A stretch of 63,975 bases of DNA, filler included, from Octopus bimaculoides (lineage: Eukaryota): assembly GCF_001194135.2 (NCBI RefSeq). It is 6 parts of 6 records of this genome, joined end to end, with 100 filler letters (N's around TTAATTAATTAA, not from the genome) between each part and the next. Parts side by side here need not be neighbours in the genome. Positions count along the whole stretch, not along the records: positions 31,077 to 55,864 come from NC_068986.1; positions 55,965 to 57,790 come from NW_026385735.1; positions 57,891 to 60,700 come from NC_068984.1; positions 60,801 to 62,807 come from NW_026413490.1; positions 62,908 to 63,975 come from NW_026327651.1; 1 more part is not named here. The stretch is one strand, 5' to 3'. A model generated the notes under the pieces. It was not told where the DNA came from, made no database searches, and saw nothing but the letters and a program-made list of their open reading frames with translations. The position numbers and the translations under genes are program-made. Shown here in pieces: positions 51,105-63,975 of the stretch; the stretch's first letter is position 1; each line of letters begins with the position of its first letter.

Positions 51105-53330
51105 AGCAAAGACGAGCAGCACAAGGCAGAACTAGTCATTTCAATTAGGAAAGTGAAGGAAATCAGCAAAAAAATGAGCTACTGGAAGGCCCCGGGACCA
51201 AATGGAGTTCAAGACTACCGAATCAAAAGATTTGGTGAATGTCATGCACGAATAGCTGCGCAACTCAACGCCTTGTTAAACGCCGACCAAGTGACATCAG
51301 AGTGGTTGACATTGGGTAGGACAGTGCTATGCTTGAAAAACATCGAAAAATGCAATACGGTAGACAATTACAGGCCGATATCCTGTTTGCCAGTTATGTG
51401 GAGGTTATTGACTGGAATACTCGCAGATTCAATGTGCGAACATCTGGAAAAAAATGGAGTCCGGCAACATGAGCAGATGGGTTACGAGCGTAAGTGCAGA
51501 GGTACCAAGGATCAACTCCATATAGATAAACTTTACTTAGAGACTGCAAGAGGAGGAAAAGTAACTTAGCCATGGATCGACTATCGTAAGGCGTACGATA
51601 TGATCCTACATGTATGTACCTATTTGGTATTGCATCAAATGTTGAGCGATTGCTTGGAAAAAGTATGGCGAATTGGAGGACGGACCTGACAGCATAGGGA
51701 AGAAGTTTAGGGACAGTAGAAATCAGAAGAGGTATCTTCTAAGGGAACCGCATGGCTCCACTGATCTTTGTACTATGCTTGATACCATTAACACTGGTTC
51801 TGAGGAAAGCAAAAGCTGGGTATGTATTCAAAAGCCGCCAACAAAAAGTCAACTATTTGTTATTCATGGATGACCTAAAACTTTATGGTAAAGATGAAGC
51901 CCAAGTTAGTTCCCTCGTCGACACGGTGTATAATTTCAGTGCTGATATCAGAATAGAGTTCGGACTGAGAAAGTGTGGTGTGCTAGTCTTGAAGAGAGGC
52001 AAAATCAAATGTATGGACGGGCTAACGATACCGTCGGGGGAAGTTATGAAGCAGATAGAACAGACGGGCTATAAGTACTTAGGGATTTGAGAAATGGATA
52101 AATTGATGGAGAAAGAGATGATAGAAAAATTTAAGGTGGAGTACTTGCGCAGACTGAGACTGATCCTTAAGTGGAAATTAAACGGACTGAATAAGATCGA
52201 AACTATAAACACCTGGGCGGTTTCACTCCTTATATATGGAGCAGGGGTAATCGCATGTACAGTAGACGAACTAAACAGCTTAGACAGAAAGACAATGAAG
52301 TTACTAATTAGATATGTGTCACTCCACCCCAAAAAGTGATCTAGACAGACTGTATGTACCAAAAAAGGAGTGGGAAGAGGACAGAACCGCTGTTATTAGA
52401 AGTAAGAAGGTCAGGCTTGTGTAGGTTGAAAGATTGCAAAGATAAAGCACTGTACAAGCAATTGAAAACGAATGAAACTGAAAATAGGTGGGTAAAGAAA
52501 AGAATGCATAGTCAATTTCATTGGGATGTTGAAGATAAGACAGACAGAGAAACCCGATGGCTGTGGATGACTAAAAGTGGTTTAAAACCGGAAACGGAGG
52601 CTCTAATCTGTGCTGCCCAAGAGCAAGCACTACGAACAAACTACATAAAATACAGAATAGACAACACAACGGAAAGTGATAAGTGCAAAGTCTGTGGACA
52701 AAATGATGAAACCGTATGGCATATTACTAGCCAATGCACGCCACTATTCCAGAAGGAATATCAGAGACGCCATGACAATATAGCAAGGACTGTCCATTGG
52801 ACACTTTGCAGCAAGTATGATCTTGGCAGAGCAAAAAATTGGTACGACCACAAACCCGAAGGCATCATCGAAAATGATAATGCAAAGATCCTGTGGGATT
52901 TTATGATTCAGTGCGGCCATGAGATAGTGAATAGGAAGCCAAACGTAGCCTTGATTGAGAAAAAAAAAAAACTATGCCGGATCATAGATATAGCATGCTC
53001 AGCTGACAACAAGGTATGCGATAAGGAAGAAAGAAAAGTCGATAGATATGTCTGGTTAGCTTGAGAGGTTAAGTAGTTGTGATCGGTGAAAAAGGTGGTA
53101 GTAGTACCAATAAATGTCGGAGCCCTGGGAACAGTGAGTAAAAATCTTGAGAAGTACATGGAAGAAATAGGGGCTGCAAAAAGGGTGGAGCACTTGCAGA
53201 AAACAGCACTGCTTGGAACCGCTCGAATACTCTGGAAGGTGCTCGAAAAATAAGTGGTGTTACCTTAGTTCACTGATAGTGAACAGCTGACACCGTACTA
53301 CATCTCCAGCGTTAGAAGCTGTGCAAAGGC
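51103..53330 (+). mobile_element. R4/Dong-type non-LTR retrotransposon, 5'-truncated, RT + CCHC + REL + 3' UTR, frameshifted
   Basis: WKAPGPNGVQ, NYRPISCL, GTKDQL.IDK, WIDYRKAYD, LLFMDDLKLY, YKYLGI, LKPETEALICAAQEQALRTN, CKVC..ETVWHITSQC..YQRRHD, ILWDFMIQ..RKPNV..IIDIAC; stop at 53251-53253; flanked by (TAA)n at 51039-51102 and 53331-~53408. Confidence 0.95.
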
Positions 53331-53351
53331 AATAATAATAAAATAATAATG

Positions 53352-53412
<61 letters not shown>

Positions 53413-53439
53413 TGATGATGATGATAATGATGGTGATGA

Positions 53440-53585
53440 TAATGATAATCCTTTCAAATGGAAGCACAGGTCCTCAAATTTGTGGGGAGGCAGTCTAATC
53501 AATTACATCGACCCCAGTGTTTTTTTGGTACTTAATTTATCGACTCCGAAAGGATGAAAGGCAAAATCCATCTAGGCGGCGTATG
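53440..53585 (-). mobile_element. SINE family B, 3' part
   Basis: Reverse complement: tttgcctttcatcctttcggagtcgataaattaagtacc..ctggggtcgatgtaattgatt. Confidence 0.8.
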
Positions 53586-54357
53586 AATGAATACAATTCC
53601 GTTAAGTATTTTGCCATGTACCTATCGTTACAATTATTATTACAGCTGTAATTATTACTACAATTGTAATAATAATTTTAACGACAGGCACCTGGAATAA
53701 TTAAACGTATATTGTGATTGTAGCAGCAGTTGTAAAACATGAAATGAATATTTTAATGGCTTAGAATTGTAATAGCAATTGTAATAACTCTTAATTCTAA
53801 TATGTGTTGTTATTACTGGTATTTAGAAAAAGAAATTTCAAAGACTCGTTATCATAATAATAGTTCTAAAGACGCTTGATTGTAATCAAATTTCTAATGA
53901 TTTTGTATTGTAAAAACTGTTGTAATGATTGTAATAATAATCATAAAGCTTCTTGATTTTGTCCGTAAAGTCTCATCATTATAATAATATTTGTTAAGGC
54001 TCCTGATTGCATTAACAGTTGTAATGACTATTACAATAATATTTGTAATAACGCTTCTTACGTCTACGGGTATTTCTTCGGGCGGAGGGAAGTGGATAGC
54101 TTGTTTCTCGACTTGCTAGAAATAAAAGCCTTAAACTTTATCAATCTCACTCTATCTCTACCTACCCCCGCTGCTAACCCCCTGCCAAATAAAAAAAAAT
54201 AAGACAAAGTTGGTATTGGATAGTGTAGTCCAAGATATCATCAACAGAACGGATAAGTTTACTGGTGAAATATCTTTCATTAATCATAGGTGTGCCAGAT
54301 TTTGTTATAATGTTTGCAAATAAAAACAAAAAAAACAACTACTTTATCATATTTTAT

Positions 54358-54380
54358 CAATCTATTTATCTATCTACCTG

Positions 54381-54447
<67 letters not shown>
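54358..54447. repeat. (TCTA)n microsatellite
   Basis: Visible directly. Confidence 0.95.
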
Positions 54448-54448
<1 letters not shown>

Positions 54449-54632
54449 GCAAACTGCCCGTCCGCCCGGCTGTCTAGTTGTCAGTCACTCTAATTTTGAG
54501 ACATCTCATCTCACAACCCTTCCCTTGTCTCTCCTAATCTATCTTCTATTTCAAGATGTTTGCCGGCGTCTGTTTCACTCCCATCTCTCTCTTTACACAC
54601 ACAAACACATACGCACATACACGCACGCACAT

Positions 54633-54698
<66 letters not shown>

Positions 54699-54928
54699 NN
54701 NNNNNNNNNNNNNNNNNNNNNNNNNNNNNNNNNNNNNNNNNNNNNNNNNNNNNNNNNNNNNNNNNNNNNNNNNNNNNNNNNNNNNNNNNNNNNNNNNNNN
54801 NNNNNNNNNNNNNNNNNNNNNNNNNNNNNNNNNNNNNNNNNNNNNNNNNNNNNNNNNNNNNNNNNNNNNNNNNNNNNNNNNNNNNNNNNNNNNNNNNNNN
54901 NNNNNNNNNNNNNNNNNNNNNNNNNNNN

Positions 54929-54976
<48 letters not shown>

Positions 54977-55009
54977 GATTGAATGTTTGCTTAAGAATTT
55001 GAGTGACAT

Positions 55010-55668
55010 GTTTTGCTTTGCTGCTGTTGTTTTGGTTGTTGTTCGTGCTAATGGTGGTGTTGCTGGTGATGGTGGTTGGATATTGGTGTGATTGTTGTTG
55101 TTGTTGTTGGTGGTGTTGGTGATGGTGGTTGTGGTCATGGTAATGAAAATGATACTGTTACCATTTCGCGTTCCTTTTACTTGTTGTTATTGTTTTATTT
55201 TGTCAGTGTTGTGCTGGGTGGGAGTGGTGTTACGGCTGGTTATGATGTCGACGGTTTTTTTCCTGTCGGTGTTGTTTTGTTGTTGTTCTTGTTCTTTTTC
55301 TTTTTCTTCTTCTTCTTCTCCTCTCTTCCTCCTACTACTACTGGTGCTACTAGCACTGCTGCTGAAGCCTCTCCTCGTGTCCTCCTCTACCACCCCCTCC
55401 CTCTATCTCCTCCTCCTCGTCCTCTCAATTCCTCTCCTCCTCCTCCTCCTCCTACTACTACTACTACTACTGCTACTACTACTAGTACTACTACGTTTCT
55501 TCCTTCTTCTTGCACTTCTAGTTCTTCTGTGCCATCATCATCATCGTTATGACAGTTAGTATTGATGATGTTGTTTTTTAACAAGGCTGGTTATTTAACG
55601 TCAAAGAGTTATACAAACAACAAGAACAATGGCAAGAATTTCAACATCCGCCACCACCATCAACACCA

Positions 55669-55718
<50 letters not shown>

Positions 55719-55720
55719 GT
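55010..55720. repeat. Compound GGT/GTT/TTC/CTA/CCT/CAA low-complexity tract
   Basis: Visible directly; source of several spurious ORFs. Confidence 0.9.
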
Positions 55721-56444
55721 CTGTTATGTTGATTCGAAACCCAGTCAAATGGAAATGAATGATTGTCAATACCTCGACTGCCATCAAGAGGAGCCACTAA
55801 AGCATTTGTGTTGTAGTGGTGTGGGCAAAGGGTGGGGTCGGTGAACGGTAGCATGGGGGTGGCANNNNNNNNNNNNNNNNNNNNNNNNNNNNNNNNNNNN
55901 NNNNNNNNTTAATTAATTAANNNNNNNNNNNNNNNNNNNNNNNNNNNNNNNNNNNNNNNNNNNNTAATAAGAGGTAAATTCGTTATCATGGTTATTTGTT
56001 ATGCTATAAACCTTAAATTATATCTAAGCCATATCTGCTATTTCTAGCGTACTAAACGACGATTGGCTAGATTTGGGTTTGTCTAAAAGAGAGAGGTTAA
56101 GACTGCGATAAAAAGATGAAAGAAATATCAACTGAACGAATGAATACTGTATGATGGATAAAGAATAGAAAGTAAAATTAGATGTAATGTATGAGACAAA
56201 TTGCACAAATTGGAAATGGAATGTGCAAATGTCAGACATGAACCGGCAGAAAACCGCCCGGAGGGTGGTCTTTCTATTCGTATATAGAAATAAAAATAAA
56301 AAATTATGTTTTCACACACACACACACACACACAAAATTGCTTTCATGTAAAAGTTTTACTTTAAGAACATTTGCGTATATTTCCTCAAAGTCAGTTTTA
56401 TGCAAAAATGATAATCACATTTAAAAAGACGTTTTACTAAATAC

Positions 56445-56700
56445 GTTGTCTTGAGTCAAAAGTTTTGCAATATTTTGGTAACTTATTTTACTTTATTCGT
56501 CAGCTTAGAACAAAAGAAGCCTAACATTCAAAGCAGAAGCCATCGTGTTGCACAGCTTGAAACAACTTTTCTGCCAATTCTTTGATCCTATGCTCATACC
56601 ATATTTTGTCCTTCGAGGCGAAGAACTCCTTCACTGAAGCTTCCACCTCCTCTTGGTTGATGAAGTATCATGACCGCAAAAAAGTGAGCCATGGATCAGA
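56445..56700 (-). mobile_element. Mariner transposon 3' end (transposase C-terminus + TIR)
   Basis: PSDY..FINQEEVEASVKEFFASKDKIWYEHRIKELAE; TIR-like ttgcaaaacttttgactcaagacaa ending at ~56445. Confidence 0.8.
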
Positions 56701-57572
56701 ACAAGTTATATAATCTGAGGGAGATATTTTTCCGCAATCCTAACGAACATAAGCAGTGGTTCACCTATCGCCAAACACTGAGGTTTCGAACATAGAGTGA
56801 TGTTCTGCATTTGGTGAAACCATGAGGGGATAATTCACTACAAGTTCGTTCCAGACAGTCAAATCATTGATGCCAACCTGTACTCCGAACAGCTGGAGAG
56901 GATGTGTGTCATTGTGCGGTTAAAATATACGGCGTTGGTTAACAGAAAGCGAGCTCTTCTGCAGCAAGACAACATAAGGACGAACCGGAATAAACTCCAG
57001 GAATTCGAGGGAATCGAATCGATGTCATACGCAACATATAGTCTGGACCTAATTCTCTTGGACTGCTACTTGTTCTCACCTATGGCTTACTTTCTTCGCT
57101 CGCGACACTTCCTCAGCCAAGAGAAGGCAGAAACTTCAGTGAAAGACGGCGAGCTGGCAGAAACGTTAGCACGCCGGGCGAAATGCTTAGCGGTATTTCG
57201 TCTGCCGTTACGTTCTGAGTTCAAATTCCATCGAAGTCGACTTTGCCTTTCATCCTTTCGGGGTCGATTAAATAAGTACCATTTACGCACTGGGGTCGAT
57301 GTAATCGACTTAATCCCTTTGTCTGTCCTTGTTTGTCCCCTCTGTGTTTAGCCCCTTGTGGGTAATGAAGAAATAAGAAACTTCAGTGAAAGGTTTCTGT
57401 GCTTCAAAGGATAAAAAACTGGTATCGGCACGAGACCAAAAACCTGGCAGAAAGCTGACTTCAGACAGTGCAAAACAATGGCCTCCACTTTGAATGATTG
57501 GCTGCTTTTGTTGTCAATTTACGAGGGATGTAAGTCAGTAGAATATGTAAAACTTTTGACTCAATACAATAT
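56700..57572 (+). mobile_element. Mariner transposon 3' half (catalytic domain remnant + TIR), interrupted by a SINE
   Basis: VMFCIW-NHEGIIHY..YSEQLERM..LLQQDN..YSLDLILLDCYLF (YSPDLAPSDY motif); resumes after the SINE with ..SKDKNWYRH..; TIR aaaacttttgactcaatacaa at ~57549-57570. Confidence 0.85.
57146..57375 (+). mobile_element. tRNA-derived SINE, family B, full length and young, with 17-bp TSD
   Basis: Head acggcgagctggcagaaacgttagcacgccgggcg; TSD agaaacttcagtgaaag at 57129-57145 and 57376-57392. Confidence 0.95.
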
Positions 57573-57890
57573 TATAATGTATATTTTAACGAAAGAAGTT
57601 TTACAGAGAAAAACTCATATTTTACTAAGTGGTGTTATCGGCTTTACAAAGTTTAGAGCATGTATTTCAATGCAGTTTTTTAACTCATACATGTACGTAT
57701 GTCCATATGATATATATTTATTTGTGTGTGTGCGTGTATGTATGTAAGTAATTATGCAGTTTTATTTCAAGATTTCTTGCCAAAAGAGAANNNNNNNNNN
57801 NNNNNNNNNNNNNNNNNNNNNNNNNNNNNNNNNNTTAATTAATTAANNNNNNNNNNNNNNNNNNNNNNNNNNNNNNNNNNNNNNNNNNNN

Positions 57891-58080
57891 ATTATTTTGC
57901 ATTGCTGTGTGACTACTATCTAGATTTTCCTGATGTATTTTTTCTTTCAATTGTTCTATTTCTATTTCTGATATTTTTTTTGCTTTTAGAATATATCTTC
58001 TTATGTTAGCTAGTTTGTTAGGGTTCATTGTTTTATCGAGGTCTATATTTACATTATTTTTCTTCCATGTTTTATATGTA
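57891..58080 (-). mobile_element. R4/Dong-type ORF N-terminal fragment
   Basis: MNPNKLANIRRYILKAKKISEIEIEQLK resembles the conserved pre-RT region of R4/Dong ORFs. Confidence 0.6.
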
Positions 58081-58125
58081 TGTGTTGTTGCGTTTTCGTT
58101 ATTTTTATTATTTTTATTTTTATTA

Positions 58126-58189
<64 letters not shown>

Positions 58190-58209
58190 CATTATTATTA
58201 TTGTCGTTG

Positions 58210-59070
58210 TTGTTATGTGCTTTTCACAATTTCTAAAAACTTGACTTGGTTTGCTTTTAAAGTCTCTTCATCCGATTTGAGACTTGCACCAAGGTGTTGA
58301 TCTCTTTTATTGATTTTGCAAACGTTTAAAGATCATCCATTTAGAGCAAATGATTAAGATCCGATCCTGTTTTATCTAATTGGCAAAGCACCTTAGGCTT
58401 CTGAATCACCATACTCAGAGGAATCAGGACAACGAAGAAGGGCAAGAGAGAAAAAGGAGTCACTTTGAAAAATGTCTCTTTCCTGATGCTGTTGGTTTTC
58501 AGCTACACCAAACATTCTAAGTGACTCTACACTCCAAGAATGAGGTAACAAGTTGTGTAATCCTTTTAAAAAATCAACCCACACTATACACAGATTAGTA
58601 TGTCGCTGCTGACAGTTCTTCTTTAACATTTTGTCAATGATCAGATAATCTTGGGTTTCTTTCGAGTGTTCCGTCATCCCTTCTGTTCAATTCGTAGTAA
58701 TTTGTCCTGCATCAAACTTCCACCCCGGTACACTTCTGTGTATTATATATAATTTTGAGGATTTTTGATTTGACTGAGTAGAGATTACAGATGTTTCATT
58801 TAAAATTCTTAGGTCCTATCTGGTTCTGAGGCTTTCCAATTTTCTAGCGCAGTCCCGAAATGCCACCTGATGCAAAACATTGTCCCTATTTACAGAGATT
58901 ATTTTCTTCGCTACATGGGCCACTTACATCTTAAGCAGTTTGATACAGTTTGCATTTTCATTATATGTAATCGAGCAGCTTCAAATTTTTGTCCAAAATT
59001 CTGTCCTTCCTCCATATTTAGTGTTTATTTTTCCATTGTGTCTCCTAGAATATTACGGTTAAGTTTTGTC
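58210..59070 (-). mobile_element. R4/Dong-type RT, heavily degraded
   Basis: ETQDYLIIDKMLKKNCQQRHTNLCIVWVDFLK..LPHSW..ESLRMFGVAEN..RDIFQSDS. Confidence 0.8.
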
Positions 59071-59750
59071 TGATCTGAGCAAAAAAATCTGTTACGCTCA
59101 ACCTGAGCTGCTCTCTCCTTCACTCCTCCTCTCTCTCCCCTCTCTTTCTATCCCTCTCTCCGTGTAATACTTCACTGATTTTACGCAGACTCTTCGCTTG
59201 TCTGTTCTATCCCTGATGTAATGACTTTGTTGTATGAATTATGCGTCAATTCAAGGTAAGACTTTTTGAATTATTTATTTTTGGGCCAGCTTTTAATCAT
59301 GCTGAGTTCACTTCAAAATACATTTTTATGTCATCTTCAGTCTGTCTTTTTCTTCATTGATCTGGCTTCTCTTTGTCTTTGTGTTTGACATGATACAGGG
59401 TATCATATGTAGAATGCTGTTAAAGCTTTTTACTTTTTTAGTTGCAAAATTAAGTCTACAGTTTCAGTAACATAATTAACATTATTGACTTTGAATAATG
59501 TATCATTTTTTTCAATTTATAACAACATGCCATACGCTGAAAACATGATGATGATGATGATGATTGTCACCATTACCTTCCGAAGAAAAGGAAAATATTA
59601 TTTCATAAAAGTTGATCTTGAATAAACTTTGAGAATTGTTATCTCTTTCGCCATCATAAAGGAAAAAAAACCTGCTAAAATATTTTTTTAAATGTAGCAG
59701 CTAAAAATTATGTTGACCATTCACATTCCAAAAGAAAAAAATATATATTT

Positions 59751-60178
59751 GCGTAGGAGTGGCTGTGTAGTAAGTAGCTTGCTTACGAACCACATGGTTC
59801 CGGGTTCAGTCCCACTGCGTGGCACCTTGGTCAAGTGTCTTCTACTATAGCTTCGGGCCGACCAAAGCCTTGTGAGTAGATTTGGTAGACGGAAACTGAA
59901 AGAAGCCCGTCGTATATATATATTTTTATATATATGTATGTGTGTATATATGTTTGTGTGTCTGTGTTTGTCGCTCCCCCCCCCAACATCGCTTGATAAC
60001 CGATGCTGGTGTGTTTACGTCCCTGTAACTTAGCAGTTCGGCAAAAGTGACTGATAGAATAAGTACTAGGCTTACAAAGAATAAGTCCTGTAATCGATTT
60101 GGTCGACTAAAGGCGGTGCTCCAGCATGACCACAGTGAAATGACAGAAACAAGTAAAAGAATAAAAGAATAAAAGAAT
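59751..60178 (+). mobile_element. tRNA-derived SINE, family A (CORE-like), full length
   Basis: A box tggctgtgtagtaa, B box ggttcagtccc, CORE-like ggcaccttggtcaagtgtcttctactatagc, internal TA/TG tract, (aaaagaat)n tail. Confidence 0.92.
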
Positions 60179-60514
60179 ATGAAGTGAATGAAAATTCGTG
60201 AAAACCTTATTTAAGTTTTAAAAAACTATATAAGTATGTGTTCATATATTGTGCGTTCGTGTATGCCTGTCTCGGTGATCTTTTCAGTCATCTGACACCA
60301 AATAATTATGCATATCATTATGAATCAACATCAGCAACATTAAAACCGCGCTACACAGGTTCAGGTATAAAGGTGCTTGTCTGTCTCACGTCATACACGC
60401 GGGATGGTATATGGTTAACTTCATATTGGAGAACCAGTGGCATGGTTCAAAAATTAGCCGAAGAGCAACAGTAACTCTTCAACAGCGAAAGACACGCATA
60501 CTCTCATGCACAGT

Positions 60515-60570
<56 letters not shown>

Positions 60571-60934
60571 TGTATACATACACACACATACTCACATATT
60601 AGTGAAAGTGAAACCGGTCGATAAACAATATGAAATATATTAGAATATATATTAAAACTATGTAAAGTGTGTGGATTTTCCTTCTTTTATTTTATATATA
60701 NNNNNNNNNNNNNNNNNNNNNNNNNNNNNNNNNNNNNNNNNNNNTTAATTAATTAANNNNNNNNNNNNNNNNNNNNNNNNNNNNNNNNNNNNNNNNNNNN
60801 CAAGATGTTCGCGGGAGAGTGAGGTGGCACCGATACAGTCGTCGATATACGTGCGTATGCATGCATATGTATGCGCACGCATATGCGTGTATGAATGCTG
60901 TATAGATGCATGTGAGCATGCACATGCAATAGGG

Positions 60935-62018
60935 GCCAGTGTAAAAACCACCTTGAAGAGCCACATAGTAAAGTAAAATGCAAAGCTATACATGCAGGTT
61001 CAAGGTGCAGCCATTGGTGTCAGTGTAACTGGAGATGTCGCCGGCCTCTTCATGATCTGGTGGGACAGAAAACTTAAGCAAATGTTAGCAGAACAGTCCA
61101 CAACACTTCTACTCTACAGTAGATATGTAGATGACATTAATATCATAGTTAGGACCAACTCTAGTAACGGTAGTGTAGAAACTGAGAGGAACGTAATGGA
61201 GAGCATCCAGCAAGTAGCTAACTCCAACCACCAAAGTGTCAAGGTAACTATAGATTACCCCACTAAGCACCCCAACGATAGACTCCCTGTACTTGATACA
61301 GAACTTTGGTTAGAGACTGTGAACAATCGAGTGCAGCTCCTCAACTCCTATTACATGAAATCTGTAGCTTCAAAATATGTTGTTCAGAAGAACTCAGCTT
61401 TGTAACACAACATGAAAATTAATATGCTGATAGCAGACTTGGTTAGGATAATGAACAACGTGTCCCCACTATGCGAACCTTATGAAATGAAAAAAACATA
61501 TACAGAACTTCATGCACCGCATGCAGTTCTCTGGATATGATCAGTAAGGTAGGGTTCGAGTACACAGGGGTGCTAGTAATAAATTAGATAACATTATACG
61601 TAATGATACCAGTGGTACCTGCCCTAGATATAGAAACAAAGACTGGAATAGAGTACAAAGAAATTGTGACAAAGCAAACAGGGCGAACACGTGGTGTAAA
61701 GCCAACAAATATCAAGGAGTGATGTTTGTAGAGGCCACAGCCCATGGAGAACTAGCCCGTAGATTTAGAAAATCTCTGAAGGAGACCAAACTCAACATTA
61801 AGATTGTTGAAAAGCCAGGGAACTCCGTCAGATCACAACTATGTAGGACGTACCCCTTTGAGAATACCATATGCACTAATGATAACTGCAAGACATGTAG
61901 GATTAACCCTGGTTTTAACTGTAGAACTCGAAATGTAGTTTACAGCTTAAGGTGCATAGAAGGTGCTTGTAAAGACATGAACATGACATACATAGGGAGA
62001 CATCTAGGAGTATTGCGG
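60935..62018 (+). mobile_element. Penelope-like element: RT C-terminal half through GIY-YIG, two stops and one frameshift, cut by gap
   Basis: YMQVQGAAIG..YSRYVDDI..LPVLD..YYMK..SAL..FSGYD..FVEATAHGEL..KIVEKPG..C..C..C..NVVYSLRC..TYIG. Confidence 0.88.
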
Positions 62019-63247
62019 NNNNNNNNNNNNNNNNNNNNNNNNNNNNNNNNNNNNNNNNNNNNNNNNNNNNNNNNNNNNNNNNNNNNNNNNNNNNNNNNNN
62101 NNNNNNNNNNNNNNNNNNNNNNNNNNNNNNNNNNNNNNNNNNNNNNNNNNNNNNNNNNNNNNNNNNNNNNNNNNNNNNNNNNNNNNNNNNNNNNNNNNNN
62201 NNNNNNNNNNNNNNNNNNNNNNNNNNNNNNNNNNNNNNNNNNNNNNNNNNNNNNNNNNNNNNNNNNNNNNNNNNNNNNNNNNNNNNNNNNNNNNNNNNNN
62301 NNNNNNNNNNNNNNNNNNNNNNNNNNNNNNNNNNNNNNNNNNNNNNNNNNNNNNNNNNNNNNNNNNNNNNNNNNNNNNNNNNNNNNNNNNNNNNNNNNNN
62401 NNNNNNNNNNNNNNNNNNNNNNNNNNNNNNNNNNNNNNNNNNNNNNNNNNNNNNNNNNNNNNNNNNNNNNNNNNNNNNNNNNNNNNNNNNNNNNNNNNNN
62501 NNNNNNNNNNNNNNNNNNNNNNNNNNNNNNNNNNNNNNNNNNNNNNNNNNNNNNNNNNNNNNNNNNNNNNNNNNNNNNNNNNNNNNNNNNNNNNNNNNNN
62601 NNNNNNNNNNNNNNNNNNNNCATCCATACATACAAACACAGTACATAGTTGCAAAACACACACATGCTTTCAGACATGCACACACAAGGAGACAGAGGTA
62701 CACACACACATATGCAAACACATACGCGTGCGCACACACATACATAAAAACACACAAACACGGACATGCAAATACAGGAATGTGCAGATACATACATACA
62801 TACATACNNNNNNNNNNNNNNNNNNNNNNNNNNNNNNNNNNNNNNNNNNNNTTAATTAATTAANNNNNNNNNNNNNNNNNNNNNNNNNNNNNNNNNNNNN
62901 NNNNNNNTAAGCTGTAATTCGTTATGGATGAAAACTGCAAAGATACATTATTTTTAATACGCCAATACTGGGAACAACTTTTCACCCGATGATAAAAACG
63001 TCCTACAGCAACATTCTAATTCCCCACTCTCCAGCAAAGTTATGATTCTCTCATGCATTAGTTTAGAAGAAAATGATAATTGCATATGAATAATCTGTGA
63101 TGAGAATAGTTAGTTTGAAATCACGCAATTTAAGAAACACCAAGGTAAAATTAGGGCACGTGGATTACTATATAATGAAACTATTTGCTATTTGAAGATC
63201 CCTTAGTGTATTAGATCTTATAAAAACATATGTGCTGGCTGAGCTCT

Positions 63248-63365
<118 letters not shown>

Positions 63366-63975
63366 CAAGCAAACCGATATACAAACAGAGAAAAGAGTAT
63401 GAGAAGGGTGTAGAAACATTAAAAACGAAGAGAACTGATTGTAGATGTCGAATAAGACCTCGCAAATATTACACCAGAATCATACCTACGTTTCCAGCTT
63501 TTGTATCTTTATCTTCTGTTTGAGAAGATACTATTTAAATCTATAAATACTAAACTGCTATGCTTTACACGTTGCTGTTTCTCGGTCAGCAGATATCCAC
63601 AGTTTTATAAAGCTAAAAAGTATTTAGATATATTCTTATCCATTGACACAAATACAAAATCAGATAGGAAGTACATATGTATGACACCAAATGTAGAGAC
63701 TTTGACACAGTATCGCCCACATCATCATGAACAAGAGCAGTAACAACAACAACAACCATGGCCGTGAGGAATCAAATGAGGAAATTGCTATTCGTTTTCT
63801 TTTAAATTGCTTGAAATAACAGCCAAATCTTTTAAAACTTGCACTCCTCAGCATCTTAAAAATGTGAAGGACATATAAGATACATTACGTAAGAAAAACT
63901 GATAGGATTGAGACAACAGGAACATATTTGACAATCTCTCTCTCTATCTATTTCTCTCTCTCTCTCTCTCTCTCT

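Noticed and set aside
53590-54060. ttgtaat-rich degenerate repeats
   Set aside because: Old low-complexity or satellite decay with no definable unit or function.

Overview
This is AT-rich, microsatellite-saturated eukaryotic draft-assembly DNA with many N gaps. The SINE, LINE and microsatellite content suggests a cephalopod, probably Octopus (inference). I found no intact protein-coding gene, rRNA, true tRNA gene or CRISPR array; most supplied ORFs are microsatellite or gap read-throughs. The window is a transposon graveyard: at least four tRNA-derived SINE families, R4/Dong-, HERO-, RTE-, CR1- and L1/Tx1-type non-LTR retrotransposon remnants, three Penelope-like element (PLE) fragments, a near-complete Chapaev3-type DNA transposon and two back-to-back mariner halves. 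Two things are not explained by ordinary repeat annotation. First, a PLE-associated cluster of hammerhead-ribozyme motifs at 26.7-29.2 kb sits in tandem and inverted ~0.4-0.5 kb units that end in a perfect 120-bp palindrome. Second, several kilobase-long, intronless, stop-riddled reading frames (0.5-3.4, 10.9-11.8, 15.1-17.2, 36.7-38.9 kb) share a recurring K(R/K/T)PL motif and look like fossil copies of one large repeat-domain protein family that I cannot name. All translations, pairings and boundaries were done by eye, and coordinates of degraded elements are approximate.
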